From the IMG/VR virus record IMGVR_UViG_3300020172_001601, positions 186,001 through 250,000 of that record: a stretch of 64,000 bases of DNA. One strand, written 5' to 3'. The position numbers and the translations under genes are program-made. The notes beneath the pieces are model-generated. The model was given only the letters and a program-made list of their open reading frames with translations, was not told the origin of the DNA and ran no database searches. Shown in pieces: positions 35,279 through 44,502 of the stretch; within the stretch, counting starts at the first letter, position 1, and the number at the start of each line of letters is the position of its first letter.

Positions 35279-35585
35279 CGGCCAGCATCGGCACGGCGGC
35301 GAGAGAATGAACTGTTTCTTCTGTGTCAAACAGAAACAGAACTGTCAGTTGTTCCGATTGGGCGAAAATCCTTCTCATCCTCCTGAGTATGCAGCACTAT
35401 ATAAACAAAGATTTGTCATCTGTCCAGAATGCCATGCAAGAGGGCCAAAACATCTTGCACAGCATTTGATGCACTGGATAAAGGTACAAGGGTTCTTGGC
35501 CGATCACGGTGTTGGACTCCCCGAAATTGAACGACATAAGACAACCGGGGAACTGCCTATGCTCAATAAGAGGAAAAAAAGATGA
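35262..35585 (+). CDS. CxxC hypothetical protein beginning MEFLSDGQHRHGG
   Basis: GGAG SD 7 nt before ATG. Confidence 0.6.
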   Translation: MEFLSDGQHRHGGERMNCFFCVKQKQNCQLFRLGENPSHPPEYAALYKQRFVICPECHARGPKHLAQHLMHWIKVQGFLADHGVGLPEIERHKTTGELPMLNKRKKR

Positions 35586-36082
35586 AGTGCTTCGTTCACG
35601 TTGGGTTTGACCCTAAACCCCACGAGGCTGACGACCCCGCTGAAGCAATAAGTTTGGCCGAAAGGCGATTGCTTGCCAGCAATGAAGGAGAAGAGGAACA
35701 TTTACCCGTCAGATGGAGACGGGATGATTTATATCCAGATAACTTTCTGGAATACACACAAGACCAACTGGTATCTCACCTAAGCCAGAAGGGTGAAGTT
35801 GTTTTGCAACTCGCCGAACTCGATTCGGACGGCTTGCCAATTATGGGTGAAATTGCTAACATCTTTACGGCTTCTGAAGAAGAGAAGAACGCACAAGAAG
35901 CTGATGAGGCTTTGGAAAAATTGTTGGCGATTGATTCCGCAGTTGCCTCCACTTACAAAAAGCCCAAGTCGTTACCAAGAGCAAAGCCCAATCCTCCTGG
36001 AAACAAACAACGTGTTCTCAACAAACGAACCATGAAGCCTAACACGAGGCGTGTCAAGCGAAGAAGCAATCCATCCAATTAA
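35582..36082 (+). CDS. hypothetical protein with basic tail
   Basis: ATGA-coupled ORF. Confidence 0.7.
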   Translation: MKCFVHVGFDPKPHEADDPAEAISLAERRLLASNEGEEEHLPVRWRRDDLYPDNFLEYTQDQLVSHLSQKGEVVLQLAELDSDGLPIMGEIANIFTASEEEKNAQEADEALEKLLAIDSAVASTYKKPKSLPRAKPNPPGNKQRVLNKRTMKPNTRRVKRRSNPSN

Positions 36083-36092
36083 GGACAGAATC

Positions 36093-36560
36093 ATGGGTCG
36101 TGAGGACTATGAAGTTTTTAAGCTCTTGCAGCAAGATCGAATTCAAGAGGGCGCTGAACGGCGTGCGGTGAGCAATAACGAGTTCGGCGCAGCCAGTCAA
36201 TTGGCGACTCAATCAGGGATGACTCTTGTTCGTCACAGCGAGGTTCACTATCAATTGCGAGGTCAAGCTGGTTGGTTGCTCAACATCTATCCGGGCAATC
36301 GCAGGCTGTATCATGACCGTAATAGACCCAAGCCACCATACTTGAAGGTTGATCCTAATTGGACTCTTATTGACATTGTTCGCACCGCTATTGCTGCATC
36401 GAACAATACAGATTCCTTCGCTAAGGAAATCGCCAAGAGGGTTGTGACCGACGATCAAATCCAGATTCGTGCTTACTACTTGTGGGAAGCGGCTGGTTGT
36501 CCTGGTGGGGACGGCAAAGATTTCTGGTTCCAGGCAGAGAAAGAGATGCGAGGCCAATAA
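36093..36560 (+). CDS. DUF2934 domain protein
   Basis: IQIRAYYLWEAAGCPGGDGKDFWFQAEKE. Confidence 0.8.
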   Translation: MGREDYEVFKLLQQDRIQEGAERRAVSNNEFGAASQLATQSGMTLVRHSEVHYQLRGQAGWLLNIYPGNRRLYHDRNRPKPPYLKVDPNWTLIDIVRTAIAASNNTDSFAKEIAKRVVTDDQIQIRAYYLWEAAGCPGGDGKDFWFQAEKEMRGQ

Positions 36561-37087
36561 TGGACTTGTTGTGTTTATCATTGGCTACTGATATGACAGA
36601 CGCCGAGATCAAGGAGTGCATTCAGGAAATGATTCCTGTATGCACTGTTAAGGGTCAAGGATTTTGTTTAACCATCAGTGGATACGATGACGACCATCGT
36701 GAATTGTGGCAGATTCCAGAGGCCCTTGGCTTCATGAAGCGTCTTTGTGACCTGGGATTTATATCCACACTCGAAGTGTCTACGACCTGTCCCGATTTAT
36801 TGCGGGAAGAATACAAGATCGACAAATTGCCCGGCTTTGGCGCACTCGAAGTCTGGATGTGTGCCACCAATAGAATGGGTACGGGCAAGAACGATATTGA
36901 TAAAGCAACTATGGATTCATTTCAAGAAGACCTTGGCATCTCCAATAGGCGTGCTGAAGCAGTAATGAAAGAACCATCCTACCGAACTGGCATCAAGAAG
37001 TCTGGTTATCGAACACAAATACCAGATGCCTCAATCAAACACCACGGCTTCAATAAAGATCGTGGTCCCCGTTGGAAACCCAGGTGA
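36560..37087 (+). CDS. hypothetical protein
   Basis: TAATG-coupled ORF. Confidence 0.7.
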   Translation: MDLLCLSLATDMTDAEIKECIQEMIPVCTVKGQGFCLTISGYDDDHRELWQIPEALGFMKRLCDLGFISTLEVSTTCPDLLREEYKIDKLPGFGALEVWMCATNRMGTGKNDIDKATMDSFQEDLGISNRRAEAVMKEPSYRTGIKKSGYRTQIPDASIKHHGFNKDRGPRWKPR

Positions 37088-37090
37088 TAT

Positions 37091-37300
37091 ATGATCCCAA
37101 CAATCACTGACTCCAGAGATATGGTGATGCTTCGGTGTATGACCAATTGCACAATTGGTGGTAGAATCACTTTGCCGTCTGGTTTGGAAATTCCACCACC
37201 ACCAGCAGGCAAAGTGTGGCACGTCAATAACGGCGTCATCACCGAACAAACCAAACAAGAAAAGCGGCACGATCACTGCCATACTTGCAAAAGGCGATAA
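37091..37300 (+). CDS. small hypothetical protein
   Basis: Packed ORF. Confidence 0.55.
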   Translation: MIPTITDSRDMVMLRCMTNCTIGGRITLPSGLEIPPPPAGKVWHVNNGVITEQTKQEKRHDHCHTCKRR

Positions 37301-37301
37301 C

Positions 37302-37679
37302 ATGCAATACCGGACACGGAAGCTGGTAAAGCCCGGCGATCTCAATGGCGAAAATACACTCTTCGGTGGCCGTCTCATGGAGTGGCTTGATGAAGAGTGT
37401 GCGATATATGCTATTTGCCAACTTGAATCAACAAAGTTGAGAACCAAGATCATTGGCGAGATTGATTTCAAAGCTGCCGCCCATCAAGGCGAAGTAATCG
37501 AGATTGGTGTAGAGGCAATTAAATTTGGCACCACCAGTCTCACCATGCGTGCTGAGGTTCGTAACAAAACTACTAAACAGGTCATCGTCACAATTGACAA
37601 GATTGTGATGGTAATGGTGGATGAAAATGGAAAGCCAACACCCCACGGAAAAACTGCTGTCAAAGCCGAGGTCAATTAG
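37302..37679 (+). CDS. acyl-CoA thioesterase (hotdog fold)
   Basis: VKPGDLNGENTLFGGRLMEWLDE..EIDFKAAAHQGEVIEI..GTTSL. Confidence 0.85.
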   Translation: MQYRTRKLVKPGDLNGENTLFGGRLMEWLDEECAIYAICQLESTKLRTKIIGEIDFKAAAHQGEVIEIGVEAIKFGTTSLTMRAEVRNKTTKQVIVTIDKIVMVMVDENGKPTPHGKTAVKAEVN

Positions 37680-37680
37680 T

Positions 37681-37953
37681 GTGACAGGTTGTTTGTCCCC
37701 CTTCAGGGATGGACAACCTTGTTTCATTCAGATGCCCGGCAACCCACATTTTTGGGTTGCAGTTTTTACCACAAAAGATAAACTGGAAGAATCGTGTGCC
37801 GACCTTGGCATTACAGATTACACCATTAAGCAAGTGACTGATGGAAAAGATTTCATCGAGTCAATTGTTGAAGGTGGCGTAAGGATCATGCTTGATCCAT
37901 ATGCAGTTAGGAGTGAGAACAAGACTCGTTGGACAGAAATCATATTGGAGTGA
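37681..37953 (+). CDS. hypothetical protein
   Basis: GTG directly after previous stop. Confidence 0.6.
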   Translation: MTGCLSPFRDGQPCFIQMPGNPHFWVAVFTTKDKLEESCADLGITDYTIKQVTDGKDFIESIVEGGVRIMLDPYAVRSENKTRWTEIILE

Positions 37954-37955
37954 CC

Positions 37956-38264
37956 ATGAACGAACCGTTTAATTACACCGTGGTCATTCGTGGCCTTGAC
38001 GGTGTTCCATTGAGGACTACTTCTCAAGGCGCAAAAGCATTGATGAAGTCTTTCCATGAAGAACCCAATATGGAACAACTCTTGTTGGAAGCGGTGGACT
38101 CCGGTACGCCGTTCAAGAACAAGCTGGTCAGCGTTACTGCTGTGTTTCCACGTCCAAAGATCAAACAAGCCACTGTTATGACAGCGGCGGTTGCTGCGAA
38201 GGCCAAAGCAGCACCGAAGAAAGCTGTTAAGAAGGCCGTCAAAAAAACCACTAAGAGGAATTGA
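37956..38264 (+). CDS. hypothetical protein with histone H1-like AKK tail
   Basis: C-end AAKAKAAPKKAVKKAVKKTTK. Confidence 0.7.
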   Translation: MNEPFNYTVVIRGLDGVPLRTTSQGAKALMKSFHEEPNMEQLLLEAVDSGTPFKNKLVSVTAVFPRPKIKQATVMTAAVAAKAKAAPKKAVKKAVKKTTKRN

Positions 38265-38268
38265 ACAC

Positions 38269-38562
38269 ATGGCGAAGGTTACAGTAACATTTGAAGACAT
38301 TGACGAAGGCGTAAGCGTCAAGGTTGAATCGGACCCAGCATTTCCCGGTCCTGCGGCTACTCAAGAGGAACAAGACAGCCTCACTGACGCCCAACAAATG
38401 GGTTTGCGTATGACTCACCTATTGACCGAAGAAATGGCGTCCCAAGAAGGACACCATCATGAACACGACCACGATCATGAACACGACGAACATTGCACCC
38501 GCCATCACCATGCCGCCGAGGTTCCGAGCGACGGGACGCCTGCGGTACAGTCCAACGAATAA
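38269..38562 (+). CDS. hypothetical protein with His-rich tail
   Basis: GAGGA SD; GHHHEHDHDHEHDEH. Confidence 0.7.
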   Translation: MAKVTVTFEDIDEGVSVKVESDPAFPGPAATQEEQDSLTDAQQMGLRMTHLLTEEMASQEGHHHEHDHDHEHDEHCTRHHHAAEVPSDGTPAVQSNE

Positions 38563-38938
38563 TGGCAAGATTATTCGTCGTGATGGCGGCACAACCAAGT
38601 GGTGGCTCGTAATCGACTGTGATCCCAATATCGGCAGGTATTATCGTGAACTATATCGAATTGACAATTACAGTGTTAGGACAATACAACGTCCTGCCTG
38701 GGATGCTCACATTTCGGTAATTGCAAACGAACGACCGCCTGATGAGACTCACTGGCGAAAATACGAGGGGCGACGGATTGAATATGAGTATATCCATTAC
38801 GCACAAAGCAATGGCACATATTTTTGGTTGCCTGTTTGGTGCGAAGAAGCCCTCGATATACGGGAAGAATTGGGACTGAAAAGAACCCCATACCATCCGT
38901 TGCACTTGACCGTGGGAAATTGCAAAGAGACTCAATAA
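38510..38938 (+). CDS. 2H phosphoesterase superfamily protein
   Basis: Two HxS/T motifs: DAHISV and LHLTV. Confidence 0.75.
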   Translation: MPPRFRATGRLRYSPTNNGKIIRRDGGTTKWWLVIDCDPNIGRYYRELYRIDNYSVRTIQRPAWDAHISVIANERPPDETHWRKYEGRRIEYEYIHYAQSNGTYFWLPVWCEEALDIREELGLKRTPYHPLHLTVGNCKETQ

Positions 38939-38968
38939 AAGAAGGGGACGTGCCGACACGTCCCCTTC
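38937..38968 (-). terminator. intrinsic terminator oriented on minus strand
   Basis: GAAGGGGACGTG-CCGA-CACGTCCCCTTC 12-bp stem; T-tract only on minus strand. Confidence 0.7.
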
Positions 38969-39003
38969 AAGCGTTTAATGTGATTATATCCTTGGTGGAT
39001 ACT

Positions 39004-39010
39004 TATATAG
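39004..39010 (-). promoter_or_regulatory. class III (late-type) motif CTATATA on minus strand
   Basis: About 35 nt upstream of the minus-strand terminator stem. Confidence 0.4.
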
Positions 39011-39039
39011 CTACTCGATCTGTAAATCTGCGGATCGGC

Positions 39040-39069
39040 TTTACAAGAATACCATAATCGTGGTAGAAT
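39040..39069 (+). promoter_or_regulatory. class I promoter
   Basis: TTTACA-N18-TAGAAT. Confidence 0.7.
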
Positions 39070-39082
39070 CCAAAGGAGCCTC

Positions 39083-39319
39083 ATGAAGTTCAAGATCACT
39101 GTGGAATTGCTGCAAGGCGACGTGCCGGTTGCACCAAAAGACCTCAAAGCCTTCGGTACAATCAACTTCGTCAAGGCTGCTCCCAAAGCCTTTAAGCGGG
39201 CTATGAAGGCGACTTGTTGGCCCTTCAATGCGAATGTCACGGTGGACTTGGTTGACGAACATTCCTCCCCCAAGAAGCGAAAGAAAAAGGGCAAGAAAAA
39301 TGGTGGAGAAAAAATTTAA
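39083..39319 (+). CDS. small basic hypothetical protein
   Basis: AAGGAG SD. Confidence 0.7.
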   Translation: MKFKITVELLQGDVPVAPKDLKAFGTINFVKAAPKAFKRAMKATCWPFNANVTVDLVDEHSSPKKRKKKGKKNGGEKI

Positions 39320-39752
39320 CCGAATTGGTCTTCGGGACCAACGTGTGGCAAATATTGAGTCGCATGAAGTAACCGATCTCAATAAGACCTATTGCCCTTG
39401 CTGCACTGCCGGTCCTATGGACGGCGTGACAGGCGCAGAGATCGAAGATGTTGATCCTTATTTGGACGACGCTTCAATCCGACATGCTGGATACAAAGAG
39501 CCACGGAAGGTATTTCCCCACGATGGCTCGCCAACCATTTGTGCATATTGTGGTGAACTTCTGGTGTTTCGTGTCGTTGATAACGCCCTTACTCTGGCGT
39601 ATCCGACTGACGCCGAGCTTGATGTTTGGAAGTCTGATTCGCAAGCATGGAATTTGATTTCCAAGATACAAGAAAGAATGAAGCAAGAGGCCCGTGAGGG
39701 TCGATTACGGGGAGACAAACGATATGCAAAATCAAAACCAAGACGATTCTGA
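39300..39752 (+). CDS. zinc-ribbon hypothetical protein
   Basis: CPCC..CAYC pairs. Confidence 0.7.
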   Translation: MVEKKFNRIGLRDQRVANIESHEVTDLNKTYCPCCTAGPMDGVTGAEIEDVDPYLDDASIRHAGYKEPRKVFPHDGSPTICAYCGELLVFRVVDNALTLAYPTDAELDVWKSDSQAWNLISKIQERMKQEAREGRLRGDKRYAKSKPRRF

Positions 39753-40143
39753 GCGGCTGGCACTTGATCTGCCGCCACTTCCTAAGTTGCCACCAATGCC
39801 GCCGATGATTCCCACTAGCACAGTGCTGATGATTGTATTTGTGGGATCAATAGCCGCATGGTGCTTCTCACGATCCAATTGGATTGGTGGATGTGCTGAC
39901 CTGGGCATCATTGCTTTGAGTGTCACGTTTGCTGTGATACGATATAGAAGCATGAAGGAACTCTATCGACACCACCGCAACCTACTTACTATTCAGAAAA
40001 TCCTGACGAAACCAGTAGAAATGGTCGAGGAAGGAAATTCTATGATCCTGACATTCCTCAGACCGTCTGATCGGCTCATGGATGAAATGAATAAGATTGC
40101 TGCGGAAGTCATCAGCAAAAAGAGTCCCAAAAGTGACACCTGA
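39724..40143 (+). CDS. two-TM membrane protein
   Basis: Hydrophobic segments; GGAG SD. Confidence 0.65.
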   Translation: MQNQNQDDSERLALDLPPLPKLPPMPPMIPTSTVLMIVFVGSIAAWCFSRSNWIGGCADLGIIALSVTFAVIRYRSMKELYRHHRNLLTIQKILTKPVEMVEEGNSMILTFLRPSDRLMDEMNKIAAEVISKKSPKSDT

Positions 40144-40699
40144 TGAATTGAACACTCTCTATCAAGAAAGCTGCGCCATCATCATGCCTCATATTCGACT
40201 CGAAGAGTCGGAGCAGGGCGATCCTGTTCAGGGGCAAGCCAATCTACAGAAAGGCGTAGAGGGCCTGGAAACGGTCCTCAAATTCAATCCAACCAACTGG
40301 CCCGCTCGATGGATGCTTGGCAAGGCCAAGCAAGCCCTGGGCCTCCACGAAGAATCGTACACAGCATTCCTTACAGCACACCGCAATGTATTGACCGATC
40401 AAAACGTCATGCGGGAGTTGGCTCTGGAGTGTCTACAAACCAAACGATTCAAGCAAGCCGTCCACTATTGCCATGTGGCGATGGAGTTCGATCCCGACGA
40501 CTATTCGCTGTGGCCCAATATGGCTGTTGCTCAACTGTTCAACGGCAGTATTGATGAAGCTGAATCTTGGGCCAACAAATCGTTGGTAAAGATTCCAGGC
40601 GATGAACCTGCAATGAACGTCTTGAAAATCATTAGTGAAATCAGAGCGGGCAAACGAGGCATCCCAACTGATTTTGCACTTATGGAGAAAGAGTCGTAG
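40133..40699 (+). CDS. TPR-repeat protein
   Basis: NPTNWPARWMLGKAKQALG..EES; A..FDPDDYSLWPNMAVAQLFNG..EA. Confidence 0.75.
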   Translation: MTPDELNTLYQESCAIIMPHIRLEESEQGDPVQGQANLQKGVEGLETVLKFNPTNWPARWMLGKAKQALGLHEESYTAFLTAHRNVLTDQNVMRELALECLQTKRFKQAVHYCHVAMEFDPDDYSLWPNMAVAQLFNGSIDEAESWANKSLVKIPGDEPAMNVLKIISEIRAGKRGIPTDFALMEKES

Positions 40700-40701
40700 A
40701 C

Positions 40702-41001
40702 ATGATGTACTTTCTCAAAATTCTCGACAATCGCTTATTCAAATGCCTGGGAATGCCCATCGTAAGCGGATTGCTTTGCTGGGCATGGTTTGTTTCTCAA
40801 TTCGACAATTTTGAGAATGAATGGCCATATTGCATATTCGGTGCTTTGATTGGTGCCAACATTACTGAAGTGGCCAAGCTATGGAGTAAAAGACGTGAGC
40901 GAAAATTGGAAACTCCACGACCTAGTAATAGTGAAACAACAACCCAAGATGCAGCCTTTTGTGCAGATCGAGGGATTGATAGCAGTAATCACCGAGATTG
41001 A
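40702..41001 (+). CDS. membrane protein
   Basis: Two hydrophobic segments. Confidence 0.55.
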   Translation: MMYFLKILDNRLFKCLGMPIVSGLLCWAWFVSQFDNFENEWPYCIFGALIGANITEVAKLWSKRRERKLETPRPSNSETTTQDAAFCADRGIDSSNHRD

Positions 41002-41302
41002 TGGCGACTACGCTACAATCACCGAATTGCAGCTTTCTGGTCGTGCCGAAGGTGGCAGTGGCGCTGTTGAATTGGCGTGCCTGGAGCGACCTACGAAGGT
41101 CAGCGGCCCAATGCGAGCAGCTTACGCTGTGTACAAGCAAGGCGTCATTGAGGCAATGGACGACATAGACGACAGTGAAGACGCTCGCAAACGTCGCCGT
41201 CGATCCTTAAAGGTTGTTGCTCAAAACAACAATATTGACCCAAAGGCATTACATAAAATACTCAAAGACCTCGATGCCGCAGGAGTCATTAACTATTTAT
41301 GA
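40949..41302 (+). CDS. hypothetical protein
   Basis: Start approximate. Confidence 0.6.
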   Translation: MQPFVQIEGLIAVITEIDGDYATITELQLSGRAEGGSGAVELACLERPTKVSGPMRAAYAVYKQGVIEAMDDIDDSEDARKRRRRSLKVVAQNNNIDPKALHKILKDLDAAGVINYL

Positions 41303-41610
41303 ACGGAAGCGAACTGGACGAGATTTTAACCCGGAGCAGAAACTTCCGCAATAGATTGCTGAGGATTCATGGCTTAACAGTTTTGGCTTTATTGGCTATA
41401 CAAATAACCATTGTTGTATTTGACCTATTGCCAAAGTGGACCATCGGCATTCTTCCAATGGCAATCATCATTTGGGGAGTATTCGTTACGGTTCTATTTG
41501 AAATGCACTCTCGTCGCTCTCAAAAAGAGATTGACGACTACTTCGATAAAGCCTACTCGAAAACCAGAGTCAAAAATGAAAAGCATATTCGATCAAGTCT
41601 GGAGGAATAA
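41299..41610 (+). CDS. two-TM membrane protein
   Basis: ATGA-coupled; hydrophobic. Confidence 0.65.
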   Translation: MNGSELDEILTRSRNFRNRLLRIHGLTVLALLAIQITIVVFDLLPKWTIGILPMAIIIWGVFVTVLFEMHSRRSQKEIDDYFDKAYSKTRVKNEKHIRSSLEE

Positions 41611-42181
41611 TCTCGTCGGCCAAGGGTATTATCTCTTGGACGTTGGGATCGTGGATTCCAAAACACTGCGACAACGCATGTTTGAAGTCAAAGATAAGCT
41701 GAGTGAGTTTGTTCCATTTGGCTTCCGGTCAATGGCTCGATTCGACCAGCAAGAAACCACACGCTACCACCAAGATGGTGGCCCTGATCTCAATATCCTG
41801 ATGCTTGGCTATGAATCATCCAAGGTCAAGAGCAGGCTGTTCATTGCAGACCATGTGTGCGCTGCCAATGATATTCGAGAGATTCCACCAATCAAGGTGA
41901 CGCCCGAATACATCATCACCGAAGCCCTGTTTGGCCGTGATGAACTATTGGACTTCTACACCAGTGAACTGCCTCAACCCAAAGAAGGACACTCATACAT
42001 TCTGCTCATCAATAACTCCAAAGAACTTGGAGTATTGCACAAGGCTATTGTTGAGAAGAACCCAAGCGAACGACGCATCATTAACTCGATCATGCTCTCG
42101 GTAGGCGAAGACGAAGTTGGCATTGAACAACAACAAGACTTCCTTACTACAGACAATATCAGCGAAAAGTCATATGACTAA
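41576..42181 (+). CDS. hypothetical protein, possible Fe(II)/2OG-like HxD...H fold
   Basis: RYHQDGG..LINNS..VLHKA..RRII; tentative. Confidence 0.4.
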   Translation: MKSIFDQVWRNNLVGQGYYLLDVGIVDSKTLRQRMFEVKDKLSEFVPFGFRSMARFDQQETTRYHQDGGPDLNILMLGYESSKVKSRLFIADHVCAANDIREIPPIKVTPEYIITEALFGRDELLDFYTSELPQPKEGHSYILLINNSKELGVLHKAIVEKNPSERRIINSIMLSVGEDEVGIEQQQDFLTTDNISEKSYD

Positions 42182-42776
42182 GAGAGGCCACTTCCCAGGC
42201 AACAACATCTACAGAGGCTTCCGAATTATTCGGGAAGACTCGGTGTTGATTGTAAGCGACTCAATATCCTTCAGTGATGTTGAGTCCGCTATACGCAAGG
42301 TATTGAAGTGCATAAACGGCAAATGCTCCAATCGGCGTATTGAATTTCCAGACGATGAAACAATTGAATCTGTTGTCAATAATAGTATGGGGCTTTATGC
42401 CCTATATGGTCCCGTACCAGAAGTCAAAGGGCAAACATCACGTCTTGCTATTGCATGGTGGACTGATGACAATTTAATCAAACATTTGAGAGTCTTCGGC
42501 GACCGTATTCATTGCACCGAGCCGCACGCCGAAGTGCCTCGATTGTATTCTTTTGGACACGAATCCTATTATGTCATCTACCCTACTAATCATCCTCATC
42601 ATTGTCTTCATTGTAAATGCCAACTCAAGAAGGGCGAGGGAACGTGGCATAAGAATGAGAAGGAGATCGACCCGATGGAAATAGAGCCAATAATTGCATA
42701 TTTCTTATGCAATGGCTGTCAATACGAACACGACACGGGTTTCCGGCAAGGCAATTTGAGAAAAAGAGCTAGATAA
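42174..42776 (+). CDS. hypothetical protein
   Basis: Overlap-coupled ORF. Confidence 0.65.
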   Translation: MTKRGHFPGNNIYRGFRIIREDSVLIVSDSISFSDVESAIRKVLKCINGKCSNRRIEFPDDETIESVVNNSMGLYALYGPVPEVKGQTSRLAIAWWTDDNLIKHLRVFGDRIHCTEPHAEVPRLYSFGHESYYVIYPTNHPHHCLHCKCQLKKGEGTWHKNEKEIDPMEIEPIIAYFLCNGCQYEHDTGFRQGNLRKRAR

Positions 42777-43431
42777 ACTTCTCGCCGAATCGCAATCCGC
42801 AATTAGTTGGATTGGGTAGGTTGTTGTATCCTGAGTTGTATAATCCCACATGCTCGACCAAACTAGGTGCGGCATAATAGCAATCCAATCCTTGATGTAA
42901 AAAGAATTCGCCCAATACAGCATCAGCGGCGAACCACTCGGTATTGAGCTTGGGTGCCTTCGAGAACAACTCCATTGATTTACGTTGCATCACAATGCAC
43001 TGACACCCCCATGTGTCCCAGCCTCGATTGATTCTTGCCCAGCCATGATGCTTTTGTAGCCAAGGCCATGTTTTCACATATGCTTTCGGAGTATACGCTG
43101 AGATAAAACCTATTTGCTTTCTAATTGATGAACATAATCCAGCTATGTGTTTCATTGTGTCTGGCGCACACAATATGTCATCTTCTGCGAACATATACCA
43201 CGGCTCATTGCTTGTTTCCAACAAGCGTTCCATGTTGATCTTCCACTGTTGACAATTTCCAATAGGAGCCTTGTTGTAAAAGATTTCAACATTGTCATGT
43301 TTGCCAATTATCGCACCAGGATCAGCCGAAATGTTTATTTTTTGACTGAAACCACTATGTCGCAATGATGAAATGGTGTTGTCAATAGTAGGCACTGGAC
43401 GGGTGCCGGTAATCACAGTGATCGCTATCAT
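42769..43431 (-). CDS. glycosyltransferase family 2-like protein
   Basis: YMFAEDDIL (DxD-type), WGCQC, AADAVLG, SLVEHVG; AGGAG SD. Confidence 0.7.
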   Translation of the reverse strand: MIAITVITGTRPVPTIDNTISSLRHSGFSQKINISADPGAIIGKHDNVEIFYNKAPIGNCQQWKINMERLLETSNEPWYMFAEDDILCAPDTMKHIAGLCSSIRKQIGFISAYTPKAYVKTWPWLQKHHGWARINRGWDTWGCQCIVMQRKSMELFSKAPKLNTEWFAADAVLGEFFLHQGLDCYYAAPSLVEHVGLYNSGYNNLPNPTNCGLRFGEKFI

Positions 43432-43487
43432 TTGAAGTTCTCCTGGATATATAAGAGTAGGCTATTAGCCGAAGACAAGGAGGTTTT

Positions 43488-43988
43488 ATGCGTCACTGGA
43501 TTTTAGCTTTGTTTGTATTGTCTATTGCAGGTTGTCTGCCTACGGGCCAATCTCAATATGACCCGGTTGATTGGAATTCTCAGGCACCACCAATGCCAGA
43601 GAAGCCACAGCCGACCCCAGAAACCCATGAAGTACCGGCTACGTTACAAGCCCTATTAAAGCTCCACAATGAGCAACGTGAGCTTAAAGGGCGTCCCGGT
43701 TTTCAACTTGACCCATATCTTTGCAAATACGCTCAGAACCACTCAGACTGGATGGCAAAGAAGAATAACTTAAAGCACTCAGACATTGGTGCCTTAATGG
43801 GCAAGTATTCAACAGCAGGTGAGAATATTGCCTGGAATCAAAAAACAGAAGCCGAAGTGGTAGATGCGTGGATGCGCTCGTCGGGCCACAGAGCGAATAT
43901 CATGAACCGAGCGTTCACCAAAGTTGGCTTTGGTGTGGCGTACAACAGTAATGGTGAGCCATATTGGTGTACATGCTTTGGTGGCTAA
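43488..43988 (+). CDS. CAP/SCP domain lipoprotein
   Basis: Lipobox IAGC; LHNEQR..AQNHSDWMA..GENIA..WMRSSGHRANIM..VGFG; AAGGAGG SD. Confidence 0.9.
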   Translation: MRHWILALFVLSIAGCLPTGQSQYDPVDWNSQAPPMPEKPQPTPETHEVPATLQALLKLHNEQRELKGRPGFQLDPYLCKYAQNHSDWMAKKNNLKHSDIGALMGKYSTAGENIAWNQKTEAEVVDAWMRSSGHRANIMNRAFTKVGFGVAYNSNGEPYWCTCFGG

Positions 43989-43993
43989 TGCCG

Positions 43994-44021
43994 GGCCAGT
44001 GATGAAAGTCGCTGGCCTTTT
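43994..44021 (+). terminator. intrinsic terminator
   Basis: GGCCAGTGA-TGAAAG-TCGCTGGCC TTTT. Confidence 0.7.
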
Positions 44022-44028
44022 CTATATA
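44022..44028 (+). promoter_or_regulatory. class III (late-type) motif CTATATA
   Basis: 5 nt before ATG 44034. Confidence 0.6.
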
Positions 44029-44033
44029 CATTC

Positions 44034-44474
44034 ATGCCAATCTTGAAATTCAAACAATGGATATGCGAATCAGCCGACTTCCCGGAGCCTGAAGACCTCA
44101 GTGCGTTCCTGTCTCATGCGGCTACGGTTTGTATTCGCACCCACCAAGAAATGTTCAAGATGGCCCAAACTCAAAAACAAAAGGATTTGGTGGGCGAAAT
44201 AAGCAGCCTTGGTGAATTACTTCAACATATCCATCAGAGTTTGGAAGACAAAATTCCAAATGAGCCATTCGATACTGACAAGTTTCAAGGCAGACCGTCT
44301 CCGACATTGAATAAGCCGCAATATCCCATCAAATATCCTACGTTACAGTCGATCATTCCCATTCTGAGAACTATCGGCGGCAACCCAGCCATCGACAAGC
44401 CAACTTCGCAGGCTCTTTCCGACAAAATCCAGTCGTTGATGCGTGCTTGGAAATCTGCTTTACAGCAAAGCTGA
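44034..44474 (+). CDS. hypothetical protein with capsid-targeting-like N-terminus (MPILKFKQWICES)
   Basis: ORF plus class III motif. Confidence 0.7.
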   Translation: MPILKFKQWICESADFPEPEDLSAFLSHAATVCIRTHQEMFKMAQTQKQKDLVGEISSLGELLQHIHQSLEDKIPNEPFDTDKFQGRPSPTLNKPQYPIKYPTLQSIIPILRTIGGNPAIDKPTSQALSDKIQSLMRAWKSALQQS

Positions 44475-44487
44475 AATACGGTAGAAT
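44459..44487 (+). promoter_or_regulatory. class I promoter
   Basis: TTTACA-N17-TAGAAT. Confidence 0.7.
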
Positions 44488-44502
44488 CTGCTGCAAGGAA
44501 CG

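Noticed and set aside
38450-38512. His-rich stretch as a fifth DGQHRH-type site
   Set aside because: EGHHHEHDH lacks the DGQ core; ordinary His-rich tail.
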